A DNA stretch of 64,000 bases from Bdellovibrionales bacterium (lineage in GTDB: Bacteria > Bdellovibrionota > Bdellovibrionia > Bdellovibrionales > Bdellovibrionaceae), in the NCBI GenBank assembly GCA_031370005.1, contig JANMPT010000077.1, forward strand, positions 1-64,000. Reading direction: 5' to 3'. Both the position numbers and the translations under genes were made by a program. The notes beneath the pieces were generated by a model that had not been told where the DNA came from, made no database searches, and saw only the letters and a program-made list of their open reading frames with translations. This document shows positions 17,823 to 27,624 of the stretch, piece after piece; position 1 is the stretch's first letter; every line of letters starts with the position of its first letter.

Positions 17823-19877
17823 TTGAGCACATCATCATTATTGCCACGAAAAATTCTGATGACCTGCGCCCTCCCCTACGCCAATGGCTATATCCATATG
17901 GGTCACTTAGTTGAATACCTTCAAGCTGATTACTGGAATCGCTTTCAGAATATGCGCGGTCATCAGTGCACTTTTATCTGCGCTGATGATACCCACGGCA
18001 CTCCGATCATGATCAAAGCTCGGGAACAAGGCATCACACCTGAGCAATTAATTGCTAAAAGCTATGCAGAACATACAGCAGACTTTAAAGATTTCCAAAT
18101 TGAGTTCGCTCACTATGGCTCTACAAATTCGGAAGAAAACCGCACTTTAATTGAATACTTCTACAAAAAATTCCAAGAGGGAAAACACATTGTCTCTCGT
18201 CCAATTGAGCAGCTCTATTGCGAACGTGATAAAATGTTTTTGCCGGATCGCTTTGTCAAGGGAACATGCCCTAACTGCGGCGCAAAAGAACAGTATGGTG
18301 ATTCCTGCGACCTATGTGGCGCAACCTACACTCCTATTGATATGAAGGACGTACACTGCTCTGTTTGTGGAACAACTCCTGTTTTAAAAAATAGCGAAAG
18401 TATTTTCTTTAAACTCAATAACTATAAAAAGTATCTCGAGGAGTGGATTCCAAAACACTGTCCTAATGATATTGCCAAAAAAATGCTTGAGTGGTTTAGC
18501 GAAGATCTCCATGACCTCGATATCTCTCGAGACGAACCCTATTTTGGTTTTGCGATCCCAGACACTAATAACAAAAAATTTTTCTACGTATGGGTTGACG
18601 CCCCGATGGGCTATATGTCCTCTACTGAGCAATGGGCTAAAAAACAAAGCCAAACACTTTCTGATATTTGGCAAGATCCACAACGTGAGATCTATCACTT
18701 TATTGGCAAAGACATTGCTCGCTTCCATACCATTTTCTGGCCAGCTTTTTTAAAAGCAGCGGAATTCAAATCCCCCAATCAGGTTTTTGTTCATGGACAC
18801 TTGATGGTGAATGGCGAGAAAATGTCTAAATCTAAGGGCACTTTTATCGCTGCTCGCAATTATTTGAATCATTTAAGTCCTGAGTTCTTGCGCTACTACT
18901 ATGCGACCAAGCTCAACGGGACCACCGAAGATATTGATTTGAATCTCGAAGACTTCATCACTCGTGTGAATTCAGATCTCGTCGGGAAAATTACCAATCT
19001 GGCTTCCCGCGGAGCACAGATGCTGAAAAAGAAAATGGACGGAGTCATGTCAGCTCCAGATAAGCAGGGCGAAGAGCTCATTCGCTATGCTCAGGCTAAA
19101 AACAAAGAGATTGCAAAATACTATGAGGCCCGTGATTTTGTGAAGGTAACAAATGAAATCCGTGCCTTGGCCGATAAAGCCAATCAGTACTTTGATGAGA
19201 AAGCTCCTTGGAAGACTCTTGAGAATGATCCTCAAGGAACTAAAGAGGTTCTCACAAGTACTTTGAACGTCTTTCGTATTTTGAGTATTTACCTAAAGCC
19301 GATTCTTCCCCATTATACAGCTAAGGTAGAAAAACTTTTTGGCGAAAAAACTTATTCTTGGATGGATGCTCAAAAGATTCTCTTGGGCACGAGCATCCAA
19401 GACTATGAACATCTCGCAAGCCGCATTGAGGCAGACAAGGTCAAAGCAATGGTCGATGAAGCAAAAACTCTCAACGAACAAATTAACAATGAAAAGAAAA
19501 CTACAAACACAGTGCCGGTAAAATCAGCACCCATAGCAAGCAAACCAACAGAAATTGACTTCGATGACTTCATGAAGGTCGACCTTCGCATTGGCAAAAT
19601 TGTTGAAGCTGAGGAAATCAAAGAGGCCGACAAACTCCTGCGCTTAAAAGTAGACATTGGTAACGATGAGGCCCGCCAAATTATTGCGGGCATCAAGGGA
19701 GCATACTCTCCAGATAAGCTTTTAGGTCGTCACGTTCTGGTTTGTGTAAACTTAAAACCACGTAAAATGAAATTCGGCATGTCCGAAGGTATGGTGTTGG
19801 CTGCGGGCGAAGGTGGCAGTGACTTGTATGTTCTTTCTCCAGATTCTGGGGCGAAGACGGGCCAACGCGTAAAATAA
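17823..19877 (+). CDS. metG: Methionine--tRNA ligase
   Basis: LPYANG..HMGH, zinc knuckles, KMSKS, C-terminal tRNA-binding OB domain. Confidence 0.97.
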   Translation: MSTSSLLPRKILMTCALPYANGYIHMGHLVEYLQADYWNRFQNMRGHQCTFICADDTHGTPIMIKAREQGITPEQLIAKSYAEHTADFKDFQIEFAHYGSTNSEENRTLIEYFYKKFQEGKHIVSRPIEQLYCERDKMFLPDRFVKGTCPNCGAKEQYGDSCDLCGATYTPIDMKDVHCSVCGTTPVLKNSESIFFKLNNYKKYLEEWIPKHCPNDIAKKMLEWFSEDLHDLDISRDEPYFGFAIPDTNNKKFFYVWVDAPMGYMSSTEQWAKKQSQTLSDIWQDPQREIYHFIGKDIARFHTIFWPAFLKAAEFKSPNQVFVHGHLMVNGEKMSKSKGTFIAARNYLNHLSPEFLRYYYATKLNGTTEDIDLNLEDFITRVNSDLVGKITNLASRGAQMLKKKMDGVMSAPDKQGEELIRYAQAKNKEIAKYYEARDFVKVTNEIRALADKANQYFDEKAPWKTLENDPQGTKEVLTSTLNVFRILSIYLKPILPHYTAKVEKLFGEKTYSWMDAQKILLGTSIQDYEHLASRIEADKVKAMVDEAKTLNEQINNEKKTTNTVPVKSAPIASKPTEIDFDDFMKVDLRIGKIVEAEEIKEADKLLRLKVDIGNDEARQIIAGIKGAYSPDKLLGRHVLVCVNLKPRKMKFGMSEGMVLAAGEGGSDLYVLSPDSGAKTGQRVK

Positions 19878-19882
19878 TCCTT

Positions 19883-20656
19883 ATGAATCCCAAAGACCTA
19901 AAAGATCTAAATCATATTCACAGACAAATGCTGGAACTCGAAAAACAAGCCACAACGCAGGGCTTTCACCCCGAGGCTTTATCAAAGCTTCAGAAAGACC
20001 TTGAAGCCTTCACCACCCACAAAGACCTGGAGTATCGTAGGATTTCTGAAATAGCCTCTCATCTTCACCCCGAAATGAGCATGAAGCATTATGTTTCATG
20101 GATTATCCCTATTGAAAGACTTTTACGAAAAGAACTACGTGATGATGAGTTTTTAGTTTTTTCTCAAGATGGAAGCCAAAAGTCTCTGGAAAAAATTCCT
20201 TTAGTTTTTGTGCTTCACAATTTACGTTCTGCTTTTAATGTTGGCTCGATTTTTAGAACTGCTGAGTGTTTTGGTGTGAGTCAAATTTATCTCTGTGGCT
20301 ATACACCTCTTCCGACCCAAAACAGACTGGCTAAAACGGCTATGGGCACAGACACTCTAGTGAAGTGGGTGGAGGCGCCAAAGATCACCGATCTCTTGCC
20401 GCTGCTTCACCGAGACCACTACAATATCATCGCTCTTGAAACCACCTCACATGCAACGGCATTGAAAAAAGATTTTCCGAATAGCCCAACAGCCTTGGTT
20501 CTTGGCAACGAACGCTTTGGGCTTGATTCCGAAATTCTTGAACTTTGCACAGAGGTTCGAAAAATTCAACTTCGTGGTCAAAAAAACTCTCTCAATGTAG
20601 GCGTGGCTGCGGCCATTGCGGCCTACGAGTTTTCTCGCCAGCTGGGCTCACAATGA
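19883..20656 (+). CDS. TrmH/SpoU RNA 2'-O-methyltransferase with N-terminal extension
   Basis: NLRSAFNVGSIFR, GNERFG, SLNVGVA SPOUT motifs. Confidence 0.88.
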   Translation: MNPKDLKDLNHIHRQMLELEKQATTQGFHPEALSKLQKDLEAFTTHKDLEYRRISEIASHLHPEMSMKHYVSWIIPIERLLRKELRDDEFLVFSQDGSQKSLEKIPLVFVLHNLRSAFNVGSIFRTAECFGVSQIYLCGYTPLPTQNRLAKTAMGTDTLVKWVEAPKITDLLPLLHRDHYNIIALETTSHATALKKDFPNSPTALVLGNERFGLDSEILELCTEVRKIQLRGQKNSLNVGVAAAIAAYEFSRQLGSQ

Positions 20657-21432
20657 GCTCCGCTATGACCTTTACTCCAATTGGAATCTACCATTCAGAG
20701 GCGAAAGCTCCCTATGAAGCAGCTCGACAGCCTCTTCACCGTATTACAAGCCAGGGTGAAGTTATTCTTCAATCTGGTCAACAATTTGAGCAGGCTCTGG
20801 AAGATATCGAAGGAATTGAACGCATTTGGCTCATCTATGTTTTTCATCACAATACAAACTGGAAATCGAAAGTGCGTCCACCACGGGGAAGTAATACCAA
20901 AATTGGTGTTTTTGCCACCCGCGCGCCCTATCGTCCGAATCCCATTGGTATCAGTTGCGTAAAGCTCATCCAAGCAGAGGGCCTTCGCCTTGTCGTCGAA
21001 GGGGCTGATCTCCTCGATGGTACCCCAATTCTTGATATTAAACCTTATCTTCCCTACGCAGACTCATTTCCAGATTCAAAAACCGGTTGGCTCGAAAACC
21101 CAAAAAGGTACGCCGTACCTTTTTCGGAAGCGGCGCGTATGCAAATAGACTTTTTAGTTGGGCATGGAGTTTCACAACTTCAGGATTTTATCCTTAACCA
21201 ACTTGAATACGAGCCAACCAACATCAAAAAAAAAAGAGTCTCTCTATTCCATGATCACTTCGTTTTGGCCTATAAAACATGGCGTATTCTTTTTACAATG
21301 AATGATGAAGAATCAGAAGTTACAGTGATAAGGATCTTTTCTGGGTATAGTGATGAGGATCTGACAAGTGCCACCGACCCCTACTCTGATAAAAATATAC
21401 ATCGGGAATTCTTAGGACGCTTTGGCAACTAA
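20653..21432 (+). CDS. trmO: tRNA m6t6A37 methyltransferase TrmO/TsaA
   Basis: VRPPR, GVFATRAPYRPNPIG, DLLDGTPILDIKPY; ATG 20653 overlaps the previous stop. Confidence 0.92.
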   Translation: MSSAMTFTPIGIYHSEAKAPYEAARQPLHRITSQGEVILQSGQQFEQALEDIEGIERIWLIYVFHHNTNWKSKVRPPRGSNTKIGVFATRAPYRPNPIGISCVKLIQAEGLRLVVEGADLLDGTPILDIKPYLPYADSFPDSKTGWLENPKRYAVPFSEAARMQIDFLVGHGVSQLQDFILNQLEYEPTNIKKKRVSLFHDHFVLAYKTWRILFTMNDEESEVTVIRIFSGYSDEDLTSATDPYSDKNIHREFLGRFGN

Positions 21433-22728
21433 AGCGGTACCTTGATTTGAAATCTTTTTCCAACGACGGGACTGCAAAACCACTGGAATGCAAAAAGCCA
21501 TTCTAAGAACACTGCCAACTCCAAATAAAATCCAATACCCTTTCTTCTCTTCGCCTATAAGAGTTAAAATCTTTGCCCCTAAAAAAGTTCCCCCAATAAT
21601 AGCGACAGAGTTTAAAAGATTATAAATTGTTAGCACGGGAACTTTCTCCTCTTGTCGAAGGTCTTGGAAAAATACCAAAGCCAGCCCAACCTCAAAACAA
21701 GCCCAGGCCATACCGCTTAAGATCTGCAGAGCCACAACATAATAATAAGTCTCACTAAAGGCCCACAACAAAGGCAATGGCGTTATCAACACCAAACCTC
21801 CTATCATGATCTTAAAGCCATCAAAATTTGATTTCACTCTTTGCATCAATGATAAAGAAATAATCTTACCTACCATCAACGCTGCAATAGCGATCATGTA
21901 ATGACCATAATTCATTTTCAACTGTGCCAACATATATGGAGTCACAAAGGGCGAAGATATGAAAATAGAAACTTGAAATAAAAAAAGATACACAAAGAAC
22001 TTCTGTTTGTGCTTATGCTGCCCTTTCCAAAATAAAGCCCAGGAGTCACGCAAACGATGCACTTGATCCTCAAGCACCCACTCTGTGCGGTACATTTTTT
22101 TTGAAAGAACAATTGTTGAGATCACACGACAAATAAAGGCAAAAACAAATAGTAAAGAGAATACTGATGTGAAGGGGCCAATCTGTACTTTATTGTGAAG
22201 AGCCACGCCGCCCCCGACAATACCAACAACAATCCCGATTTGCTGAATCCGCGCCCGAAAAGAGAAGTATTTACTGCTTTTAGCCTCTGGGACAAGGCGT
22301 CCCATCCAGAATGTCCAAGCCGAAACTGCTGAGAATCCGGCCCCCCAGTATAAAGTGAGAATAAAGAACAAAACCCAGAAATTCGGCGCCCGATTTAGAG
22401 AAAAATAAATCAGAGGCAAAAACGCCAGGGCCTGCAACAAAGTTGAAAGCACCACCCAATATTTATGTGAATGAACTTTATGCAAGAGCCGCGGTGTAAA
22501 AAGTTGTAAAACCGCGCCGCTTACCAAGGGCAATGAGGCCAATATCCCCGCAAAAACTTCACCCATGCCGATAGAGAGTGCATAGGCCGGTAAGTAAGAC
22601 TCTCCGGCGCCCACCATCAAACTGTATAAAAATGCATCAATGTTTGAAAGTTTTAAACTTTGCTCAATACTGCTGACACTTTTTCCAAATAACATTGGAG
22701 AAAATCCTTGGGGTTCAGATAGAACCAA
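21412..22728 (-). CDS. MFS transporter
   Basis: ~12 hydrophobic segments in two halves. Confidence 0.75.
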   Translation of the reverse strand: MVLSEPQGFSPMLFGKSVSSIEQSLKLSNIDAFLYSLMVGAGESYLPAYALSIGMGEVFAGILASLPLVSGAVLQLFTPRLLHKVHSHKYWVVLSTLLQALAFLPLIYFSLNRAPNFWVLFFILTLYWGAGFSAVSAWTFWMGRLVPEAKSSKYFSFRARIQQIGIVVGIVGGGVALHNKVQIGPFTSVFSLLFVFAFICRVISTIVLSKKMYRTEWVLEDQVHRLRDSWALFWKGQHKHKQKFFVYLFLFQVSIFISSPFVTPYMLAQLKMNYGHYMIAIAALMVGKIISLSLMQRVKSNFDGFKIMIGGLVLITPLPLLWAFSETYYYVVALQILSGMAWACFEVGLALVFFQDLRQEEKVPVLTIYNLLNSVAIIGGTFLGAKILTLIGEEKKGYWILFGVGSVLRMAFCIPVVLQSRRWKKISNQGTALVAKAS

Positions 22729-22779
22729 TGAATGACTTTACATAAGTATATCCCTGCGCTTTAAAGGACTACTACGGTT

Positions 22780-23421
22780 TTAAAAGAGACTAGCCCAAGG
22801 TCTTTGGGCAAAACTCCAGATACCCGTTCCCAAAGAGTAGAAAAAAAACAACATCACAAAGGTCATGAAATAACCAAAAAGAATTAGAAAACCATCCTCT
22901 TCTAACTGAGCAAAAACTATAGACAAAATCACAATGGCAGGAACCGTATTGGTAAATGGAATAGGCAGAGGAAGGGCCAGTAAAAGGGCGCTTAAAATCA
23001 ACGCAAGAAGATTTACAAAACGAAATACCGGCACCCGCGTTAAAAACAACAGCCTTGGATTTAGAAATCTCTCTAAACGAGACCAAATTTTTCGCGCCAC
23101 TACAGCAATCTTATGCAACGCTTTTTGTGGAATCACGTGAAGGCGAAATCGCCTTGGAATCCATGGGGCCTTATTTAAAAACTGTAAAATCGCGGAAACA
23201 ATAATGATCATTCCAATGGGAGTCGAGATTCCAGGCAGCGGAATCGGTTGAAGAAAAAAAAGACATAGTAATAAAATTAAAATTCCATGTCCCATTTCAC
23301 CCAAAAGATCAACAAGCTCGCCCAAGCTCAGCCCTCTGTGCTCGCTCTCTTTTTCAATCAGCTCGATGGCTTCAAGCAGATTGCTATTCGCTATTTTAGA
23401 CTTTTGTTGTGCTTTAGACAT
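22780..23421 (-). CDS. ExoD-family membrane protein
   Basis: QPIPLPGISTP, PWIP, LPLPIPFTNTVPA...EEDG signatures. Confidence 0.85.
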   Translation of the reverse strand: MSKAQQKSKIANSNLLEAIELIEKESEHRGLSLGELVDLLGEMGHGILILLLCLFFLQPIPLPGISTPIGMIIIVSAILQFLNKAPWIPRRFRLHVIPQKALHKIAVVARKIWSRLERFLNPRLLFLTRVPVFRFVNLLALILSALLLALPLPIPFTNTVPAIVILSIVFAQLEEDGFLILFGYFMTFVMLFFFYSLGTGIWSFAQRPWASLF

Positions 23422-23443
23422 TCTAGGATTTATAGTAACTCAT

Positions 23444-23983
23444 ATGATGTCTAAAAGTGACCAAGAACTGCTCCTCGAACTTGCCCAGGGTAATAATGCG
23501 GCCCTGGATCACTTCTTTAAACGCCATTCAAATAAGGTTTATAACTACGCTTTGAAACGTGGCCTTAATGGTGAGCAATCCCAAGACCTAGTACAAATTG
23601 TATTTATGCAAATTTATCGAAAACGAATCAAGTACAACCCTAAATACGCAGCCCTAGCATGGGTTTATATTATCACCAAGTCAGAGGTAAAAGACTATAA
23701 GTTAAGAGAACTTAAGGGTTTTACGGAATTCGACGATTCTTTGTCACAAAACCCTGGCCCAACCCCTATTCTAGAGAGTGACACCCCCGAGATCCAACAT
23801 TATTTATCGGACTTGGACGACAGGGAGAAACAGATTATCGAGGACCGCTATTTAAATGAGTTAGAATACAAGGAAATTGCACATAAGCTTAGCGAGAGTG
23901 AAAGCAATATTCGGCAGATTGTTAGTAGAAGTTTGAAGTTTTTGAGAAGAAAACACACAGTTAAACCATCGGGAGAGCGGTAA
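23444..23983 (+). CDS. ECF RNA polymerase sigma factor
   Basis: SDQELL, DLVQIVF, W.Y.I (region 2); YKEIA..L..SESNIR (region 4). Confidence 0.85.
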   Translation: MMSKSDQELLLELAQGNNAALDHFFKRHSNKVYNYALKRGLNGEQSQDLVQIVFMQIYRKRIKYNPKYAALAWVYIITKSEVKDYKLRELKGFTEFDDSLSQNPGPTPILESDTPEIQHYLSDLDDREKQIIEDRYLNELEYKEIAHKLSESESNIRQIVSRSLKFLRRKHTVKPSGER

Positions 23984-24480
23984 TGAGAGATTTCGAATCA
24001 TTCTTAGAATCCGGCCATGCCCAACTGGAACCCTCTAGTTTAGAGAGCCTCAAAAAAGAAATCTTTCCAAGTATTTCCAATGTGGCTCTAAAAATGGGCC
24101 TCATTCACCTGGCTAGTTCTATCCTAACTCTAATGGCCTGCCCTCAATTTGGCTTACGCCTGTTCTTTGGTGGCCACGGACTTATGCACTACTTTATGAA
24201 AGCAGGCAGCATAGCTTGCTTTGCATTTTGTGGCGCCTTCTACTTGGGATCCAGCTTTTGGATTGCAAAAATATTCTTAGGTGAATTCGAATGGGCATTG
24301 CTTCGCAAGAATTCGATACTGACTCTTGGAATCCTGTCCCTGCTTTCTCTCGGAGCTTTCTCAATAATGAGTCGCGAGCTAAACTTTGAGGTTGGCTTTG
24401 TCTGGTTTCTTGGAGCCGTTATCAGCGGAGCCATTCCGCTATTAACAGATGTCCGACATAGATCGCTAATAAAAATATAA
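23983..24480 (+). CDS. Membrane protein, probable anti-sigma factor
   Basis: Translationally coupled to the ECF gene; ~4 TM helices with CPQFG and CxxxCG motifs. Confidence 0.6.
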   Translation: MRDFESFLESGHAQLEPSSLESLKKEIFPSISNVALKMGLIHLASSILTLMACPQFGLRLFFGGHGLMHYFMKAGSIACFAFCGAFYLGSSFWIAKIFLGEFEWALLRKNSILTLGILSLLSLGAFSIMSRELNFEVGFVWFLGAVISGAIPLLTDVRHRSLIKI

Positions 24481-24492
24481 TTTACCTCAGCT

Positions 24493-25272
24493 CTACTCAA
24501 AACTTAACGTGACCTCCAGTGGCGTGTGATCAGATCCCTTAAATCCATGCAAGACCTCATTTTGGTGAACATCTATTCCACGAACAAAGATATGGTCTAG
24601 CTTAAAGAAGCGAGTGTCGTTTGCAAAATCCACAGGATAAAGCTTCAGCTGTGAAAGCATTTGCACGAGGAGTATCCACCGCCTTGTATTCCAAGTATTA
24701 AAATCACCTGCAAGTATCAAGGGCCCTTTATGATCTTCTATTTGCTGGAGCTTTTCCTCCATGGATTTAATAAATAAAGACGTTGTCGTGAAGTTCAGAG
24801 AATGAGTATTCATCACCATTAGTTTTTCCACCCGTCCTTCGATTTTAAATTGTGACAGAAGTGCAATTTTTGGTGTGAGTATAAAAAGCTCACGGCTTTT
24901 GGTTCGAACGAACTTCAGATCAAAAGACTCTGCCCTTGCACCAATCACGACACCAGTGGCTTCTTGAGGGTTCAAATGAAAGCTCGCAGCCATATTCCAC
25001 GCATATTTGGCAAAATCATCTCGCCATATCTTTGGCATACGATGATCTGTAATCGCCTCTTGCAGAAGAACTAAATCATGACCACGGATAATATCCCGGA
25101 ACTCCTTTTCCCAGCGAGGATCTTTTCCTTTATAGACATTCCAAATTAAAACTTTAACATTCTTTTCTGGCAAAGCCCTTTCACTAAAAACCCCCACACT
25201 AATGAGGCTATCCTTAGTTGAAGGTACATAAAAGGGAGCAGAAAAAAACTTTGACTTATATGGCTTTGACAA
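24493..25272 (-). CDS. Endonuclease/exonuclease/phosphatase family (YafD-like)
   Basis: WNVYKG, LLQE, NTH, GDFNTW, LDHIF, SDH. Confidence 0.88.
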   Translation of the reverse strand: MSKPYKSKFFSAPFYVPSTKDSLISVGVFSERALPEKNVKVLIWNVYKGKDPRWEKEFRDIIRGHDLVLLQEAITDHRMPKIWRDDFAKYAWNMAASFHLNPQEATGVVIGARAESFDLKFVRTKSRELFILTPKIALLSQFKIEGRVEKLMVMNTHSLNFTTTSLFIKSMEEKLQQIEDHKGPLILAGDFNTWNTRRWILLVQMLSQLKLYPVDFANDTRFFKLDHIFVRGIDVHQNEVLHGFKGSDHTPLEVTLSFE

Positions 25273-25361
25273 GACACTCCCGCTTTTGGAAAAAATAGAG
25301 ATTTCACTTTAGCCCTTATTCAGAGCTAACTCCAGAATATGCAGACGTGTCATTTTATTTT

Positions 25362-26879
25362 TCAAGAGGCCGCTTTGATATTAGCTGTAGCTTCTTGCTT
25401 TTGCTTATGCTCATCGACCATGTCATTCAGGTAGTTTTGAGCTTGATACTTGGTAATCGCAGGCACCGAGTCCTTTTGTACATGCAAATGGGTCACTCCT
25501 TGTTTCTTAAGACGATCCATTTGTTTGTCATAAAAGACCCCACCCTTGGGGGTGTAAAGAACATATTTGTTATTGTTAGGTAAATATATATAAAGATCGA
25601 ACTCCACTTGACGATCCCCTTGAAGTTCACTGAGAAGGATCTTTGCCATATCCATACTCGGAGACTCCTCCAATATCATTTTGATTGGGCGACGTGGAAA
25701 AAAAGCCATTGCCACTTCATTGCCTTGATGTACAGATTTTCTTAAAAAATCCGCGTATTCCAAGGCCCAGGGTTCAAAATCCACTTGTTTGATTTTAACA
25801 TCCATAGCATCACTCTCACTGAGCTCCTCTCCATTTTCTTTTAAAAACTTAAAGAGCTTTGTCTTAATAGACTCAATAAAAGTCTTATCGATCTTGCAAT
25901 TTTTTCCCATAACGGCCACGAGGTAACCTGAGAATCTTAAGGACTCCACCACGATGCACGCAGCACTCGTGGTTTCTTCAATTTTATCTTTAACAATCCC
26001 ATCACCAAGCTCCACAGAATCTTCGAGAGACTTCTGTGCTCCTCTGGCAATCAGAGTTTCACTAGTATCACTCGGTACCCAGCTAGCTGCACTTTGATTT
26101 CGACGGTATTCCCGGGAACCCAACCCGGCATTTGAAGGAATATAAGTCCCAATGTTGCCTGTAGAACCTTTTTGAACATAGGTTTGTCCAAAACCCTTTG
26201 ATCGACTTTGCTCCTCCTGAGTATCCTCTGTCTTTTGACCCGGAATATAATTGGCATCAGCAGTCCTGCTGTCGTCATCTATAGCTTGAGCAAAAACCAA
26301 ATTGCTATCTGCTTTTGCTGCTGCGAGCAAAGTCTGACTGTCAGCCTCTTCACCTAAAAACTCGGACAGCAAGCGATTTGCATTATTGCTATTAAAATCA
26401 GACCCACTCCCTTTGATTGAGATATTGTTACTCCCAAAATGATTACTGTTTATTGATCTTAAATTTTCATTCGCCTGAATCGAGATTTTTGTCTGTTGAT
26501 CCTTGAGATATTTATTCACACAACGTTCAATTGCAGGCCCAGTCACCGGCGGGTAAACACGATACTCCGTTGCTGATTCATTTAAAGCGTTATAGGAGAA
26601 TGAGGACTGTGTCTCTGCAAAGACAATTGTGGCAACTGGAAACGCCGAAGCTAATAATTTAGGAAGTGCTCGAGCTTTTTTATTAGCATGATCAACGCTG
26701 ATAAGAACATAACTTGGCTTTTGAGAGACAATCTGAACGAGAGCGTCTTTAAGATTCACAGTCGAGTATATTTTCCAACCACGATTTCGCAAAAAAATCT
26801 CAATCACTGTGATTGCAGTTATCTGGGACTTTAAAATAAGCATTGTCTTAGGTATTAAAGCCTCGTGTGTCTCACTCAT
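25362..26879 (-). CDS. Hypothetical protein: degenerate receiver-like N-terminus, low-complexity linker, conserved C-terminal domain
   Basis: 505-aa ORF; N-terminal alpha/beta pattern lacks the canonical Asp; C-terminal DLYIYLP...GVTHL module. Confidence 0.6.
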   Translation of the reverse strand: MSETHEALIPKTMLILKSQITAITVIEIFLRNRGWKIYSTVNLKDALVQIVSQKPSYVLISVDHANKKARALPKLLASAFPVATIVFAETQSSFSYNALNESATEYRVYPPVTGPAIERCVNKYLKDQQTKISIQANENLRSINSNHFGSNNISIKGSGSDFNSNNANRLLSEFLGEEADSQTLLAAAKADSNLVFAQAIDDDSRTADANYIPGQKTEDTQEEQSRSKGFGQTYVQKGSTGNIGTYIPSNAGLGSREYRRNQSAASWVPSDTSETLIARGAQKSLEDSVELGDGIVKDKIEETTSAACIVVESLRFSGYLVAVMGKNCKIDKTFIESIKTKLFKFLKENGEELSESDAMDVKIKQVDFEPWALEYADFLRKSVHQGNEVAMAFFPRRPIKMILEESPSMDMAKILLSELQGDRQVEFDLYIYLPNNNKYVLYTPKGGVFYDKQMDRLKKQGVTHLHVQKDSVPAITKYQAQNYLNDMVDEHKQKQEATANIKAAS

Positions 26880-27072
26880 AAGCTGCCCATCTTTACCTTT
26901 TTGCTATAAACGAAGCGAGTCACTCACTCAGCTTATTTTATTATCTAACGGCATATTGAAGGCATTCTTTACAGGTTTTTAACAAGTCTAAGGGCTAAAT
27001 GTTTAATGATTTATGAACTCATCAAGCAAAACAGGACCTTGTGCTGGTCTTAATCTTGCTCCATTGAGCCTT

Positions 27073-27624
27073 ATGCTGACTCCAAGACGTTTTCAAAATG
27101 ATTTAAAATTTTTTCATCTGAACTCCGGACTGTCGGATCGGACCTGGCGAACAACAAGGATGCCAGAGCGCTGGAGAATTTTCTGCCTAGCCCTTAGTAA
27201 TATTCAATTCAAGACCGACTTCGCCGCCCATGCTTTTGTTCTCATGGGTAATCATTTTCATATTCTGTTCTCGACTCGCTCGCAGAAAGAACATATTTTA
27301 GCCGAAGAGTTTCACCAAAATTTAACAAATCTATGCAATAAAACCTGGGAGGCCCTCGAGGTGCCTTTGTTCTGTGATCCAATTTTAAGTTCTGAGTATT
27401 ATAAAAATGCCTATAAATATATTTACCGAAATCCCCTGGACGCCGGTCTCTGTCGCACTGTTGAGGAATACGAGTATAGCAGCTTACGTGGACTGCTGGG
27501 CCACAGCCCTCTTGTGGTTCCGGTCATTGACAATATGGGATTAATTCACACGCCGCTAAAAATATTAGATTGGCTGAATCACGAGAGCGCGCCACTCAAA
27601 CCGCGTTTTGTAACAAAACTTTAG
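27073..27624 (+). CDS. Divergent IS200/RAYT-like HUH (Y1) transposase homolog
   Basis: HAFVLMGNHFHIL (HUH) and YIYRNPLDAGL...YEYSS signatures; start chosen at ATG 27073 (track start 27013). Confidence 0.75.
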   Translation: MLTPRRFQNDLKFFHLNSGLSDRTWRTTRMPERWRIFCLALSNIQFKTDFAAHAFVLMGNHFHILFSTRSQKEHILAEEFHQNLTNLCNKTWEALEVPLFCDPILSSEYYKNAYKYIYRNPLDAGLCRTVEEYEYSSLRGLLGHSPLVVPVIDNMGLIHTPLKILDWLNHESAPLKPRFVTKL

